Source: a virus
Length of the DNA: 64,000 bases
Virus record (IMG/VR): IMGVR_UViG_3300021142_002226
Location: 32,001 to 96,000 of that record
Reading direction: 5' to 3' (one strand)
In this document: positions 49,715-59,349 of the stretch, in pieces
How positions within the stretch are numbered: position 1 is the stretch's first letter
Layout: the number at the start of each line of letters is the position of its first letter
Made by a program: the position numbers and the translations under genes
Notes under the pieces: model-generated
Databases searched by the model: none
What the model saw: only the letters and a program-made list of their open reading frames with translations
Told to the model about the DNA's origin: nothing

Positions 49715-52279
49715 TTATCTTGCTATTGGTGCGATTGGCATTTTTTGGTTATTATATCCTGAGTTACCTTTACTTACCCCATCGGTTATACTGTTTATGT
49801 ATGTTCCCAAAGTGTATCTACCAATCTTTTCTAAATCGTTTATTGTTATTTCTTTACCGTCCTCAGATCTAACGGTTATTGTTCCGCTATGTTTTATTTC
49901 TCCAGAACTATTACCACTATTATTTGTTAATCCAGCTTGGTCAAATAAGACTCCAATATCACCTTTTCCACCTTTAAATACTCTTCCTCCTGGTGTCATT
50001 AATGCATCATTAGTTGGTTCTGGTAATGCATCATTAGTTGGTTCTGGTTTTGATGTTGCGAGACCGACAGCTCCGCCTATTCCAGCGCCTACGGCAGCTC
50101 CACCTTGCATAAGAGGTAATATTGTTCCTATTGTAGCTCCGCCTGAAAGAATTGCTCCACCAATACCAACAGCTAAACCAGCAGCTCCACCAATTATTGC
50201 ACCAGTTTTTGCACCTTTTATTGTATCCCAAATACTTTTTATTGATAAATCATCTTCATGTTCTTTTATATCACCAAGATATTTATTTTTTTCATCTGGG
50301 TTTACAACATTTTCAAAACCTTTTCTATTTTTATAATTTTTATCAACATCCAATAATAATTTTTCACCCATTCTACTTATACTATCAAAACCTGTAGCTT
50401 TACCAATTGACATTAATAAATTACCCATAGCTTGCTCAAGATATGGTGCAATTAAATCCCATACACCCTTAAGTAATGCTACAATACCTTCTTTTATTTT
50501 ATCCATAAAAGAAGCTTTACCAGAAAATATATCAATTAATGTACTCGAAATACTTTTTACTTTTTCTATCACATCATTTAACATTTTACCCATTCTTCCA
50601 CTATCCCCAAATAAATCCTTTATTTTCGGTATAATAAAATTGATAAAATCATCCGTAAATTTACTTACTGTGTCTATGAAACCGCTATCTTCAAGTTTAT
50701 TGAAAATTTCAGCAAACACCTGACTGAATGAATTATAAATCCTTTCTAAAGGTATTTTTAATCTTTCCATGAAATTCAAACGATCTTGTGCTGCTTTTTC
50801 ATCCTTTTTTCTTGATTCAATAATGCTTTCGAATTCGTCTTTGCTTGTTAATGATGTAAGTAATTTGTTTGCACCATCAGATGTTTTGATATAATATTGT
50901 TTATCCTTATCATTAAATGTTACTAAATTAGCTAATGCTTGTTTGTCTTCATCAGAAAACATACCACTCATACCAGCTTTAGTTAACGCACCCATCTTAT
51001 CAGCTAATTTAGCTTGTTCAAGCGCACCATTTTTAAGTTGTTCAAAATCCACTCCGAGATTTCCAGCAGCTTCTTTTAATAGTTTCATTTGTGCTGGTGG
51101 AATATAGAAAATACCTTGTGCGTTTTTAGTTGCAAGACCCTTAGTCATATCCATCAAGTCTTTCAATAATTCATCTGGAGAATTTTGTGCCTTAAACATT
51201 AACGTGAATGCATCACCAAATTTATCAGCAAATGAACCACCTAATACTTGCATTTTTGCTGCCGCTTCTACAGCACCCTCTGGATCAAAAAATGCATCCG
51301 ACATTTTTTCTGCAATACCAGTTAAATCCATTCTTAATTGTACAGCTTGTGTTGCTAATTTAGTCATATTTTCAAGGCCACTTTTCATAGCGAATCCTGT
51401 CAATCCGTTTACTAACGATGAATAACTATCGAGAACTTTTTTACTATTTAACCCAAGTTTTGCCGCTTCATTTGTTGCTTTATTTGTTATATCATTAACT
51501 TTTTTGATACTGACACCAATATTACTGAATTGTGCAGCCAATTCTGTAGCACCATCTATACCTAACGCTGTTGACCTACCTATTTTTTCAATCAAGTCAA
51601 CATCTTCTTTATCAAAAATTTTATTTTTACCTGTAGTATCACTAAAATTTTGCATCATGTTGGTGACATCTTCCATTGAACCACCATATTTTATAGCAAC
51701 ATCAGTAAGTTCAGTCATATTTAACAGAAGACCTTTGGATTCTGCCCTTGTTAAACCAATATCAGCTGCCATATTACCAACAGCTTTTTGCATGGCCATG
51801 TATCTATCAAAAGCTTGAGATAATATACTTTTAGCTAAAGACCATAAATTACCAAGAATACTATTAACCATTCCAGCTATAGAGCCAACAATATTTTTTG
51901 CCGCATCAAGAATACCTCCGAATATGTCTTTCAAACCTCCCAAAATATCACCTGAAAATAATTTTGCAACACCTGTAAATGTACTTTTAAATAAACCACC
52001 AGTTGCCATTGCAACGCTTCTCATACCTCCTAATAGAATTGGACCAATACCAAGTGTAACTTTATTTAATGACTCGCCAAAAGAAGCTGCACTACCTTTT
52101 AACTGACTTGTTAATGTATTAGTACCTGTACTTAAATCTGGTAACTTAATTTTACCCCTCTCACCATAGCTACCACCACCACCTTTTGATTTAGGCATTT
52201 TAGCTTCACCCTGTGTAACAAGTTTTTGTAATAAATTTACAATATCATTACTTTTATCATTATTTGTATTGTCAGCCAT
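49715..52279 (-). CDS. Tape measure protein
   Basis: 854 aa, helical, A/G/K/L-rich with hydrophobic Gly-rich segments; directly after the chaperone. Confidence 0.8.
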   Translation of the reverse strand: MADNTNNDKSNDIVNLLQKLVTQGEAKMPKSKGGGGSYGERGKIKLPDLSTGTNTLTSQLKGSAASFGESLNKVTLGIGPILLGGMRSVAMATGGLFKSTFTGVAKLFSGDILGGLKDIFGGILDAAKNIVGSIAGMVNSILGNLWSLAKSILSQAFDRYMAMQKAVGNMAADIGLTRAESKGLLLNMTELTDVAIKYGGSMEDVTNMMQNFSDTTGKNKIFDKEDVDLIEKIGRSTALGIDGATELAAQFSNIGVSIKKVNDITNKATNEAAKLGLNSKKVLDSYSSLVNGLTGFAMKSGLENMTKLATQAVQLRMDLTGIAEKMSDAFFDPEGAVEAAAKMQVLGGSFADKFGDAFTLMFKAQNSPDELLKDLMDMTKGLATKNAQGIFYIPPAQMKLLKEAAGNLGVDFEQLKNGALEQAKLADKMGALTKAGMSGMFSDEDKQALANLVTFNDKDKQYYIKTSDGANKLLTSLTSKDEFESIIESRKKDEKAAQDRLNFMERLKIPLERIYNSFSQVFAEIFNKLEDSGFIDTVSKFTDDFINFIIPKIKDLFGDSGRMGKMLNDVIEKVKSISSTLIDIFSGKASFMDKIKEGIVALLKGVWDLIAPYLEQAMGNLLMSIGKATGFDSISRMGEKLLLDVDKNYKNRKGFENVVNPDEKNKYLGDIKEHEDDLSIKSIWDTIKGAKTGAIIGGAAGLAVGIGGAILSGGATIGTILPLMQGGAAVGAGIGGAVGLATSKPEPTNDALPEPTNDALMTPGGRVFKGGKGDIGVLFDQAGLTNNSGNSSGEIKHSGTITVRSEDGKEITINDLEKIGRYTLGTYINSITDGVSKGNSGYNNQKMPIAPIAR
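50001..50048. repeat. Perfect 24-nt tandem duplication
   Basis: aatgcatcattagttggttctggt twice; encodes PEPTNDAL twice. Confidence 0.95.
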
Positions 52280-52317
52280 ACAATCGTTTCTTTTCTATAA
52301 ATAGTTTATAATAAAAA

Positions 52318-52344
52318 AAACCAATTACATATTATAATTGGTTT
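52318..52344 (-). terminator. Putative terminator after the chaperone T frame
   Basis: aaaccaatta-catatta-taattggttt, with a T run following on the minus strand. Confidence 0.55.
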
Positions 52345-52540
52345 AATTTGTATTTTTACTTGCTTGTTCAGCTCTTTCTTGTCTTTTTTCCGCTTCTGTA
52401 ATAAGATGATCTAACATTATTTTTCTTTCATAAACTGGCATTATCAATAAATCTGAATATGAAAATCTACCATGTTTTATCAAAAGATAAAACTCATAAA
52501 TCATATCATACTTATACGTTGAGGTAGGGCCAAAGAAACT
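52343..52540 (-). CDS. Tail assembly chaperone second part (T-like), reached by frameshift or from the ATG at 52504
   Basis: SFFGPTSTYKYDMIYEFYLLIKHGRFSYSDLLIMPVYERK in the +1 frame, overlapping the chaperone end. Confidence 0.6.
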   Translation of the reverse strand, partial: SFFGPTSTYKYDMIYEFYLLIKHGRFSYSDLLIMPVYERKIMLDHLITEAEKRQERAEQASKNTN

Positions 52541-53273
52541 TGGTTGTGATGGGAAGTTCACCAAAAAAAAACTCACCACTCGGTGCTTCAACATTGATAC
52601 GTGTATCAAGTCCTGGTTCATTGTCAACAATGAATTTTCTTAGTTGGGAAGCTTCAATTGGCATCATATTGTTAACAAACTCAATTATTTGTTGTTTATC
52701 TCTAATACCATCAATCTCCATAACCTGAGCTTGCAATCTCTTTGTTAAAAGTTCCGATACAGCATTCACACCCATTTTTTTTCTCTTAGCTTCATCTTCT
52801 TTAGCAATAATATCTTCTTCATCAGATGTTAAATATCTATATTTTATAACTTTCTTAGTTTTTGGTAATTGGAAAGTTATTTCACCATTTTGGTCTGGCT
52901 CAACACTAATTTCTTTAGCTTGAAAAGTACTGATGTCAACTTCTGTTTCAAAATTTTCTTTGGTTTTTGGGTCTACCAATTCAACTGAATACATTTCACC
53001 ATACCCAGTAGCTCTTAACCAAAATAAGATAGCATTTCTGTCACAAGCAAGCATATCTTTAGGTCTCAAATCTTTATCCAATACTTTCTTATCCAATAAC
53101 ATATCCAATACTTTTCCAGATTGAATAAGATTTGGTGAAGTTAAAAGGTTTTCATCCGATGCTGTTAAATATGCAACTTTTACAGCAGCTTTTTTATTTT
53201 TGTAAAATAAACCACCTGAAGGTAAAGCAATTACATCATGTGCTGGTTCGATAATTTGTTGAAAATCATTCAT
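52512..53273 (-). CDS. Tail/baseplate assembly chaperone (gp26-like)
   Basis: 253 aa; HDVIALPSGGLFY, LTASDENLL, DRNAILFWLRATGYG; lies between the tube and tape measure genes. Confidence 0.75.
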   Translation of the reverse strand: MNDFQQIIEPAHDVIALPSGGLFYKNKKAAVKVAYLTASDENLLTSPNLIQSGKVLDMLLDKKVLDKDLRPKDMLACDRNAILFWLRATGYGEMYSVELVDPKTKENFETEVDISTFQAKEISVEPDQNGEITFQLPKTKKVIKYRYLTSDEEDIIAKEDEAKRKKMGVNAVSELLTKRLQAQVMEIDGIRDKQQIIEFVNNMMPIEASQLRKFIVDNEPGLDTRINVEAPSGEFFFGELPITTKFLWPYLNV

Positions 53274-53602
53274 ATTTTTAGTCTTTTTAATATATAGTAG
53301 TTATTTTCTTTTTTTAATAATTCTATGTTATTAGTAATAGTAACACATCTTTGTTCGAAAGTCAATACTTCATCAATAGAAAGTTCAAACCATTCCCCAA
53401 TTAATTTTTTTGTTATAAATTCTCTATGAAGTGTTTTTTCAATCAAATTAGCATATTCAGATTCAAATACTTTCAATATTTCAACTTTTTCACTATTACC
53501 AGTCTGTAAATTTTTTACTCTGTTGTTAATATTTTTTGTCGTTGATACACCGATTTTGTATTTATCACCTGATCTAATCAAATAAATGATTTTTTTTGAC
53601 AT
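53270..53602 (-). CDS. T5orf172/MUG113-type (GIY-YIG-like) nuclease domain protein
   Basis: IYLIRSGDKYKIGVS...RVKNLQTGN...IEKTLHREF...GEWFEL. Confidence 0.75.
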   Translation of the reverse strand: MSKKIIYLIRSGDKYKIGVSTTKNINNRVKNLQTGNSEKVEILKVFESEYANLIEKTLHREFITKKLIGEWFELSIDEVLTFEQRCVTITNNIELLKKENNYYILKRLKI

Positions 53603-53643
53603 ATATATAATATATACATAATATACATTAAAGTAAAGTTTAT

Positions 53644-54060
53644 ATGAAGAAAAAGAAAAAAATCAGTAGTTTTGGAAAAAAAATGAAAGAAATGAATGGT
53701 ACCTCAAAACTTGAGGTTAAATTTAGTCAATTATTAGACGAATTGAATATCAAATATATTACACATTATATCTTTAAGGATAGGGAATATGATTTTTTTC
53801 TGTTAGAGCACAATATATTGGTTGAAACCCATGGTTGTTTCTTTCATTGTTGTAAAGAAGACGGATTTAAACCAGAATATGCTTTTCAAAGAAAAAATAT
53901 AAAAAACGATCAATATAAAAGTAAAATAGTTAAATTTGATAAAGATTATAATCTATTAATTGTATGGGAACATGAAATGAAAGACAAGAAAGTGTTAACT
54001 GAGAAGATCAATAACTTTGTTGGAAAATATAGTAAAAATTTATTGATTGAAAAAAAGTAG
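53644..54060 (+). CDS. DUF559/Vsr-like endonuclease
   Basis: SKLEVKF...YDFFLLEHNILVETHGCFFH...NDQYK...LLIVWEHE; opposite strand to its neighbours. Confidence 0.7.
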   Translation: MKKKKKISSFGKKMKEMNGTSKLEVKFSQLLDELNIKYITHYIFKDREYDFFLLEHNILVETHGCFFHCCKEDGFKPEYAFQRKNIKNDQYKSKIVKFDKDYNLLIVWEHEMKDKKVLTEKINNFVGKYSKNLLIEKK

Positions 54061-54088
54061 TAAGTACCAAGACTAATTTCAATTATTT

Positions 54089-54502
54089 TTAGTCTTTATT
54101 TTTGTTCATTTTACGATAAACAGTATCAAAACGTCTATCTAATTGTTTTTCAAGTTCCTTCTTTTCATCTTCAATTAAACGATATATTTCATTTAATTTT
54201 GTTTCTAAAGAATTATCTCGATTTTCGAAGTCTCTATCAGTATTATTGAATCTATCTTCAATAGTCCTGAATACATCTTCGATTTGTCTTGCAAGCTCTG
54301 TATTGAGCTCTTTTATTTTATCACCATGATTTCGATCCTGATCATCAAAATGACGATAAATTCCGTCAATTATACTTTCAGTTTCGTTACGCAAAACTTC
54401 TAATTTTGAAACCTTACGTGTTAACTTTACAATTGCCCAAGTCATTAAACCTAAGAATATCACACCAAGTGTGATTGATATTGTAGCTATTATTATTTCC
54501 AT
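54089..54502 (-). CDS. Membrane-anchored coiled-coil protein
   Basis: 137 aa; hydrophobic N-terminus (IIIATISITLGVIFLGLMTWAIV) followed by a charged heptad region. Confidence 0.65.
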   Translation of the reverse strand: MEIIIATISITLGVIFLGLMTWAIVKLTRKVSKLEVLRNETESIIDGIYRHFDDQDRNHGDKIKELNTELARQIEDVFRTIEDRFNNTDRDFENRDNSLETKLNEIYRLIEDEKKELEKQLDRRFDTVYRKMNKNKD

Positions 54503-54584
54503 ATATATTTTTTTTTAATTTATACGAAATTAATCATGATACTTACTAATACAATTATAATATTGAAATTCTTAAAATAAATAA

Positions 54585-54629
54585 AAAACCTTCAAATATC
54601 CAAAAATAATTGAATAAATTGAAGGTTTT
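54585..54629 (-). terminator. Putative terminator after the tube gene
   Basis: aaaaccttcaa...ttgaaggtttt outer stem, an additional inner pairing, and a T run on the minus strand. Confidence 0.55.
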
Positions 54630-54650
54630 AAGTATTTCAAATTTAAAATA

Positions 54651-55139
54651 TTAGTAAACTAATATAGCTCTATCAAAACGTAAGGTTATGTCAATCTCTG
54701 CAAGATCGTTAGAATCATAACCTAAATCTTTGAAATCACCTGAAGTTATAAATGCTCCTTGTAAAATCCATTTTTCAACAACAACTCCTGTAGGATCCAG
54801 CATTTCTAATTCAACGTCTTTTTTGTAACCTGCCGCATAACCCATTCTACCAGTTACAGATTCTGCACAAAGACGAATCCATTCCATGATAGCTTGTGAT
54901 GCTGAAGGACCAATTGGATCTCTCAAAGTAACTGTAATAGTTTCCCATACAAATCTACCAGCAACCCAAGTTGAAGTATTCAAAAAAGGAATTTCAGTTT
55001 CTGCTACTGTAATTTTAGGTCTTGAAGCCGTTTTGATAAACCACTCATTAATTCCTAATGAACTTGGAAATCTTAATATAAACCTATTCTTTTTCTTTGG
55101 TTCATACGGAACAGGCATTTTCATCAACAAATTAGCCAT
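54651..55139 (-). CDS. Tail tube protein (gp19-like)
   Basis: 162 aa; YEPKKKNRFILRF, WETITVTLRDP, LDPTGVVVEKWILQGAF; directly after the sheath. Confidence 0.92.
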   Translation of the reverse strand: MANLLMKMPVPYEPKKKNRFILRFPSSLGINEWFIKTASRPKITVAETEIPFLNTSTWVAGRFVWETITVTLRDPIGPSASQAIMEWIRLCAESVTGRMGYAAGYKKDVELEMLDPTGVVVEKWILQGAFITSGDFKDLGYDSNDLAEIDITLRFDRAILVY

Positions 55140-55280
55140 AATATATTTTTTTAAAATTTAATTTTATTTTCTTACTTATAAATAGTTTAAAAGATGATTT
55201 CTACGCATTCAATTTAAAAATATTTGAAAATAATTTTAAAAAAACTTGTTTTTATCATTTTCTTTTCCTAATTTTATATA

Positions 55281-55394
55281 GGTCCTATATAATAATAGGA
55301 CCAATATATAATATATATAATATAATAAATAAGGACCTGGTCCTAATATAATATATAATATAATAATAAGGACCTAATATATATTAGGTCCTTA
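55281..55394. repeat. Array of GGWCC-centred inverted repeats in near-pure A/T spacers
   Basis: Six GGTCC/GGACC cores, including the perfect 28-bp palindrome taaggacctaatat|atattaggtcctta. Confidence 0.85.
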
Positions 55395-55401
55395 TATTTT
55401 T

Positions 55402-58400
55402 TTACAAATTTTCAAATGAAACACTTGTTGGAGTTACATCAAACTCAAGTTCAATAAACTCTAATGCATCAATTGGTTTCAAGAATATTTTACCTGTTAA
55501 GGTATTTCTATCTGTATCAGAAGCTGGATCCAATTTGATTCTAAAATCACTTAGACCTCTTTCTTTTCTAATATTATCCAATATTGGATTAACTAATGAT
55601 AAGAATTGTGTTCTTACAATATCGTCATTTGGATCGAATAATAATCTATTAGAAACAGATATAATAAGTTTTCTTGCTTGAAGTAATAATCTTCTGATAT
55701 TCAATCTGTTAAGAGCTGAATCTCTTTCTTGTAAGTTTCTATTACCCCAAATTACTGTACCAACATCAGAGAAGGTTGCTATTGGGTTAACTCTTGAAGG
55801 ATAAAGAATATCTCTTGCGTCTTGGTCAAGAACAATTCTTGTTCTTTTACAGTTAACTAAACCTCTATTATAACCTGCGGTAGCAAACCAAGGGAATGCA
55901 ACGTTATCGGTATAAGCTAAGTTTCTTACTACTTCAAGAGTAGGTGGTAACCATAGGTAAGCATTGTTTTCAACGTCAGCTATTTGTAACCAAGGATAGA
56001 AAAGAGCTGTATAGTTTGAATCTAAGTTCAAATTATCCATCATATCAGAGATATCATTAGGGAACATCCATTGAGTTGTATCTGCTGGATTTGTATTGTT
56101 ATATACAGATATATCTGGTATTGTTGCGATATAGATTGAATCTAATCTTTTCTCTTCAACTATTGTTATTACCTCTTGTGCTAATTCATTGTTATTTACA
56201 ACATCAATACCTGGAGTTACTAATACATTTATATTAGTTTTTTCTGGGTTTTGGAATGTTTTATAACCATATAGGTAAGCATAGTAATCCGAAGAACCCC
56301 AAGTTTCGTCATATTCAGCATTAGTGAATGAAGCAAAATGTCCATTAACAAAGCTTGATTGTCCAATTCTGTATAAATCACCATTAGTTCTTGTATCTCT
56401 ATAGAAATCCCAACCATCAAATCCTCCAGACATAAGCGCTGTGAATTTTCTTGTTTTGATATCGTAATATGTTTGAGTTGTATCTGTAGCTAAAAGTACT
56501 GGGTCAGTGAATTGTCCATCTCCAACAGCATATAAAGAAGTATCAGCATTTACGTCAAGGTGGAAACCTTTTGTCATACCACCCCAAGGGTTACCTGTAT
56601 TATATGTAATTGTACCAATATTTTCAGCACCAATGAATGATGTTATATCAGCGTCAAAACCATAATCATAGTCACTGAAACCTAAGTAAGTTTTTCTAAC
56701 TTTATCTCCAGAAGATATCAAAGTAGTTCCCAAAGGATTAGTTTGCCATACATCACCAGGTTGATAATACTTAGTTTTGTATGCAATTTCTGGTATAGCC
56801 ACATCAGAATATGTTCTGAAAGAATAACCTTCGAAACCAGCTGGAACAGCATCAGAAGGTGCGTTTGGATCAACATCAATTATGATATATGAACTATTTA
56901 ATGTATATTTGTTATCAAGTGTACCAACTAATCTTCCGATAAAGTTAGAACTTGCTTCATCCATTGTACAATTCAAGTATCTTTCGAATATAACAGGCAC
57001 AGCATCAGTATCAGAGAACGATCTAACCAAAAGGTCAAATGTACCCTTAGCAAGATCTACGTTTGCAATAGAAACCTTAATTTCAGTATTTGCATGATTA
57101 CCATCAGATATAGAAACCACTCTGAATAGATTTTGTGCTTTTCCACCTCTTAACTCGGAAACAAAGAACGGAGTAGAAGGGGCTTGGTATTGGAACATAA
57201 AGTTATTCCAACCACCTGCACCAGCTGGGATATATTTCAATTCAGGATGAAGTCCTTTTATTTTACCATTTAACCAACCTTTTGCAAGTGTTGAATCATA
57301 TGTTTCTTCAACATACATTTCAGTAGTTTTATCGGTATTTGTAACACCAAGTACGTTTTTGATATAATTTCTTTTTGTTTCATCCAAAGAAAGATTATAT
57401 GTGAATGTAGTACTTGTTGTAGTTTTACCTGTTATTGTAATGTCAGCATAAGGATTTGATTCAGCGCTAACAATACTACCATATCCTACAGTTGAACCAC
57501 TAACTAAAAAGTCTAATGTATCATTCACATAAAGACCTTTTCCTCTAATTGTAGAAACCAACATATTATGATATTCTGCATATGGATCAGCAGCATATGA
57601 TGTAACGTATATTTTAACTTTACCAAAGATTGATGTACCGTTTTCATATACATGGTCTGTTGTCATTATGAATGAAACACCACTATATGTTTCAGTCATA
57701 GTATCGTATACAAACGTATCATTTATAAAGTAAGCATCTTCATCGCTTGAAGGTACAGTTGATGGATAAACATAAGAATCAACAGTAGATGGTGCATTAT
57801 TCACATACGTAGAAGTATTACCACCAGTCGTTTTAGCTGCATTTGTTACAGTTGTAACTGTTGCTGAAGGGTTAACACCCCATTTCATTATATCGTGCTT
57901 CCAATAGTTACCTGTAGTACCTGTAGCAGTAGTGTATTTTGCAAAGTAATTGTTATAAGCATTCACAATCAGTGATGAGTCAATACCTACCAAACTTGCT
58001 ATATTTGCAAGAACTGATGTTGATGTTCCTGTTACATTATAAACAGTATCAGTTGTTGTACCTGAGAAACCAAAAGTATAAGATGTTGTTGTAGGTACCA
58101 TTGTGGTTTGATCAACCGCACCGAGCGTTCTAATTGCCCAAGCATCTCCTTTATCGTAACCAGATAAACCAAGAATACGAGTTACGTACAATTGGTTTGA
58201 TTGACTCAAATAATTTTTTGCTATATATGAAAGTTCATATTTAACAATTTGGGTATTTCTAAATTTTTCAGGATTAATTCCACCAAAAACCTTAGAAAAT
58301 TGGTCATAATTTGCAATAGGAATTGGCTGAAATGCTGGGCCTTTTACGGTTTCGCCAGCCGCACCTAAAGTCGTTATACCAATCGTCTCAATGCTGTATG

Positions 58401-58455
58401 TTAAATCTTTCTCTGAAGTGTAAACACCAGGTGACGCATAAACTATATTTGCCAT
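55402..58455 (-). CDS. Tail sheath protein (gp18-like)
   Basis: 1017 aa; SPGVYTSEKD, PWFATAGYNRG, RVNPIATF, VIWGNRNLQ, LNRLNIRRLL, LFDPND. Confidence 0.95.
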   Translation of the reverse strand: MANIVYASPGVYTSEKDLTYSIETIGITTLGAAGETVKGPAFQPIPIANYDQFSKVFGGINPEKFRNTQIVKYELSYIAKNYLSQSNQLYVTRILGLSGYDKGDAWAIRTLGAVDQTTMVPTTTSYTFGFSGTTTDTVYNVTGTSTSVLANIASLVGIDSSLIVNAYNNYFAKYTTATGTTGNYWKHDIMKWGVNPSATVTTVTNAAKTTGGNTSTYVNNAPSTVDSYVYPSTVPSSDEDAYFINDTFVYDTMTETYSGVSFIMTTDHVYENGTSIFGKVKIYVTSYAADPYAEYHNMLVSTIRGKGLYVNDTLDFLVSGSTVGYGSIVSAESNPYADITITGKTTTSTTFTYNLSLDETKRNYIKNVLGVTNTDKTTEMYVEETYDSTLAKGWLNGKIKGLHPELKYIPAGAGGWNNFMFQYQAPSTPFFVSELRGGKAQNLFRVVSISDGNHANTEIKVSIANVDLAKGTFDLLVRSFSDTDAVPVIFERYLNCTMDEASSNFIGRLVGTLDNKYTLNSSYIIIDVDPNAPSDAVPAGFEGYSFRTYSDVAIPEIAYKTKYYQPGDVWQTNPLGTTLISSGDKVRKTYLGFSDYDYGFDADITSFIGAENIGTITYNTGNPWGGMTKGFHLDVNADTSLYAVGDGQFTDPVLLATDTTQTYYDIKTRKFTALMSGGFDGWDFYRDTRTNGDLYRIGQSSFVNGHFASFTNAEYDETWGSSDYYAYLYGYKTFQNPEKTNINVLVTPGIDVVNNNELAQEVITIVEEKRLDSIYIATIPDISVYNNTNPADTTQWMFPNDISDMMDNLNLDSNYTALFYPWLQIADVENNAYLWLPPTLEVVRNLAYTDNVAFPWFATAGYNRGLVNCKRTRIVLDQDARDILYPSRVNPIATFSDVGTVIWGNRNLQERDSALNRLNIRRLLLQARKLIISVSNRLLFDPNDDIVRTQFLSLVNPILDNIRKERGLSDFRIKLDPASDTDRNTLTGKIFLKPIDALEFIELEFDVTPTSVSFENL

Positions 58456-58546
58456 ATTTGTCTTTTTTTCGTTTTATATTATTATCTTAATGATAAATAT
58501 TATAAAATAATCCAAAATACTTTACTTTTTGAGAATTATTTATATT

Positions 58547-59326
58547 TTAGCCGTTTTTTCCTTCCTTAAGAATTATCACTCTATTTATGGCTGGAACCAC
58601 TTGGAAATCTGCTGGGTCGAGAATGAACCCTTGTAGTGTAAAATTGTATAAATGGACATAAAATCTTCTCTGGTCTAAGTCTTGAACTTGACTTTCATCT
58701 GAATCATCTTCCAGTAGAATTGGGATATAATGCCCATTAACCATTGTATATGCTTGTAAGCTTCTGAATTCTTTCATTACTATTTTGTTAAATTCATTTA
58801 AATCAGCTTGTCTTGTAGAAAATAATCTAACTTCATAAATTATATCAATTGGTGTTGGCATAGGGATTTTATAAAGATCAACACCTTTTCTGTTACCATC
58901 CCAAGTAGGAACTTCAGAGTATGTGTATGTTCTGTTACCTGGAATATTGTGTAAAAGATTTGCATTTGTTCCTGGACGTGTATTTGGTTTACGAACAATT
59001 GTTATAAACGGCATCTCAATATTTTTATATTCATCTAACAAAGACCATGTTTGTGTAAACTCATTCCATTTTTGCAAACTAAGCATGATTACAGGCACTT
59101 TTTTGTTATCAATGACCGTTTGCATACTTTCAGTAACAAAGTTCTTAAAACCCTTGTCTAAATCGAAATGAAGAACACCTTTAGGTAGATAAACATCTTT
59201 ATCCACAATTAAATTTTTCATATCATCAGCAGCAGAACTTGCCATAGACTCAGACTGCGGATATTCCACATTTGGTCTTGGATGATACAAATTAACATTT
59301 TTTTTATATGTGCTTGGTAAACTCAT
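58547..59326 (-). CDS. Tail terminator / sheath stabilizer (gp15-like)
   Basis: 259 aa directly upstream of the sheath; DLDKGF, MPFITIVR, PIDIIYEV. Confidence 0.65.
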   Translation of the reverse strand: MSLPSTYKKNVNLYHPRPNVEYPQSESMASSAADDMKNLIVDKDVYLPKGVLHFDLDKGFKNFVTESMQTVIDNKKVPVIMLSLQKWNEFTQTWSLLDEYKNIEMPFITIVRKPNTRPGTNANLLHNIPGNRTYTYSEVPTWDGNRKGVDLYKIPMPTPIDIIYEVRLFSTRQADLNEFNKIVMKEFRSLQAYTMVNGHYIPILLEDDSDESQVQDLDQRRFYVHLYNFTLQGFILDPADFQVVPAINRVIILKEGKNG

Positions 59327-59349
59327 AAACTATTTATAATAAATATATC
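59327..59349. promoter_or_regulatory. 23-bp divergent region carrying the TATTTAT motif on both strands
   Basis: aaaCTATTTATA-ATAAATATatc between ATG 59326 (-) and ATG 59350 (+). Confidence 0.55.

Noticed and set aside
52541-52630. ATG 52630 as the start of the 95-aa ORF
   Set aside because: It lies deep inside the chaperone gene. A frameshift entry or ATG 52504 is more plausible.
55261-55401. CRISPR array
   Set aside because: The repeats are short and inverted, the spacers are low-complexity A/T of uneven length, and there are no cas genes.
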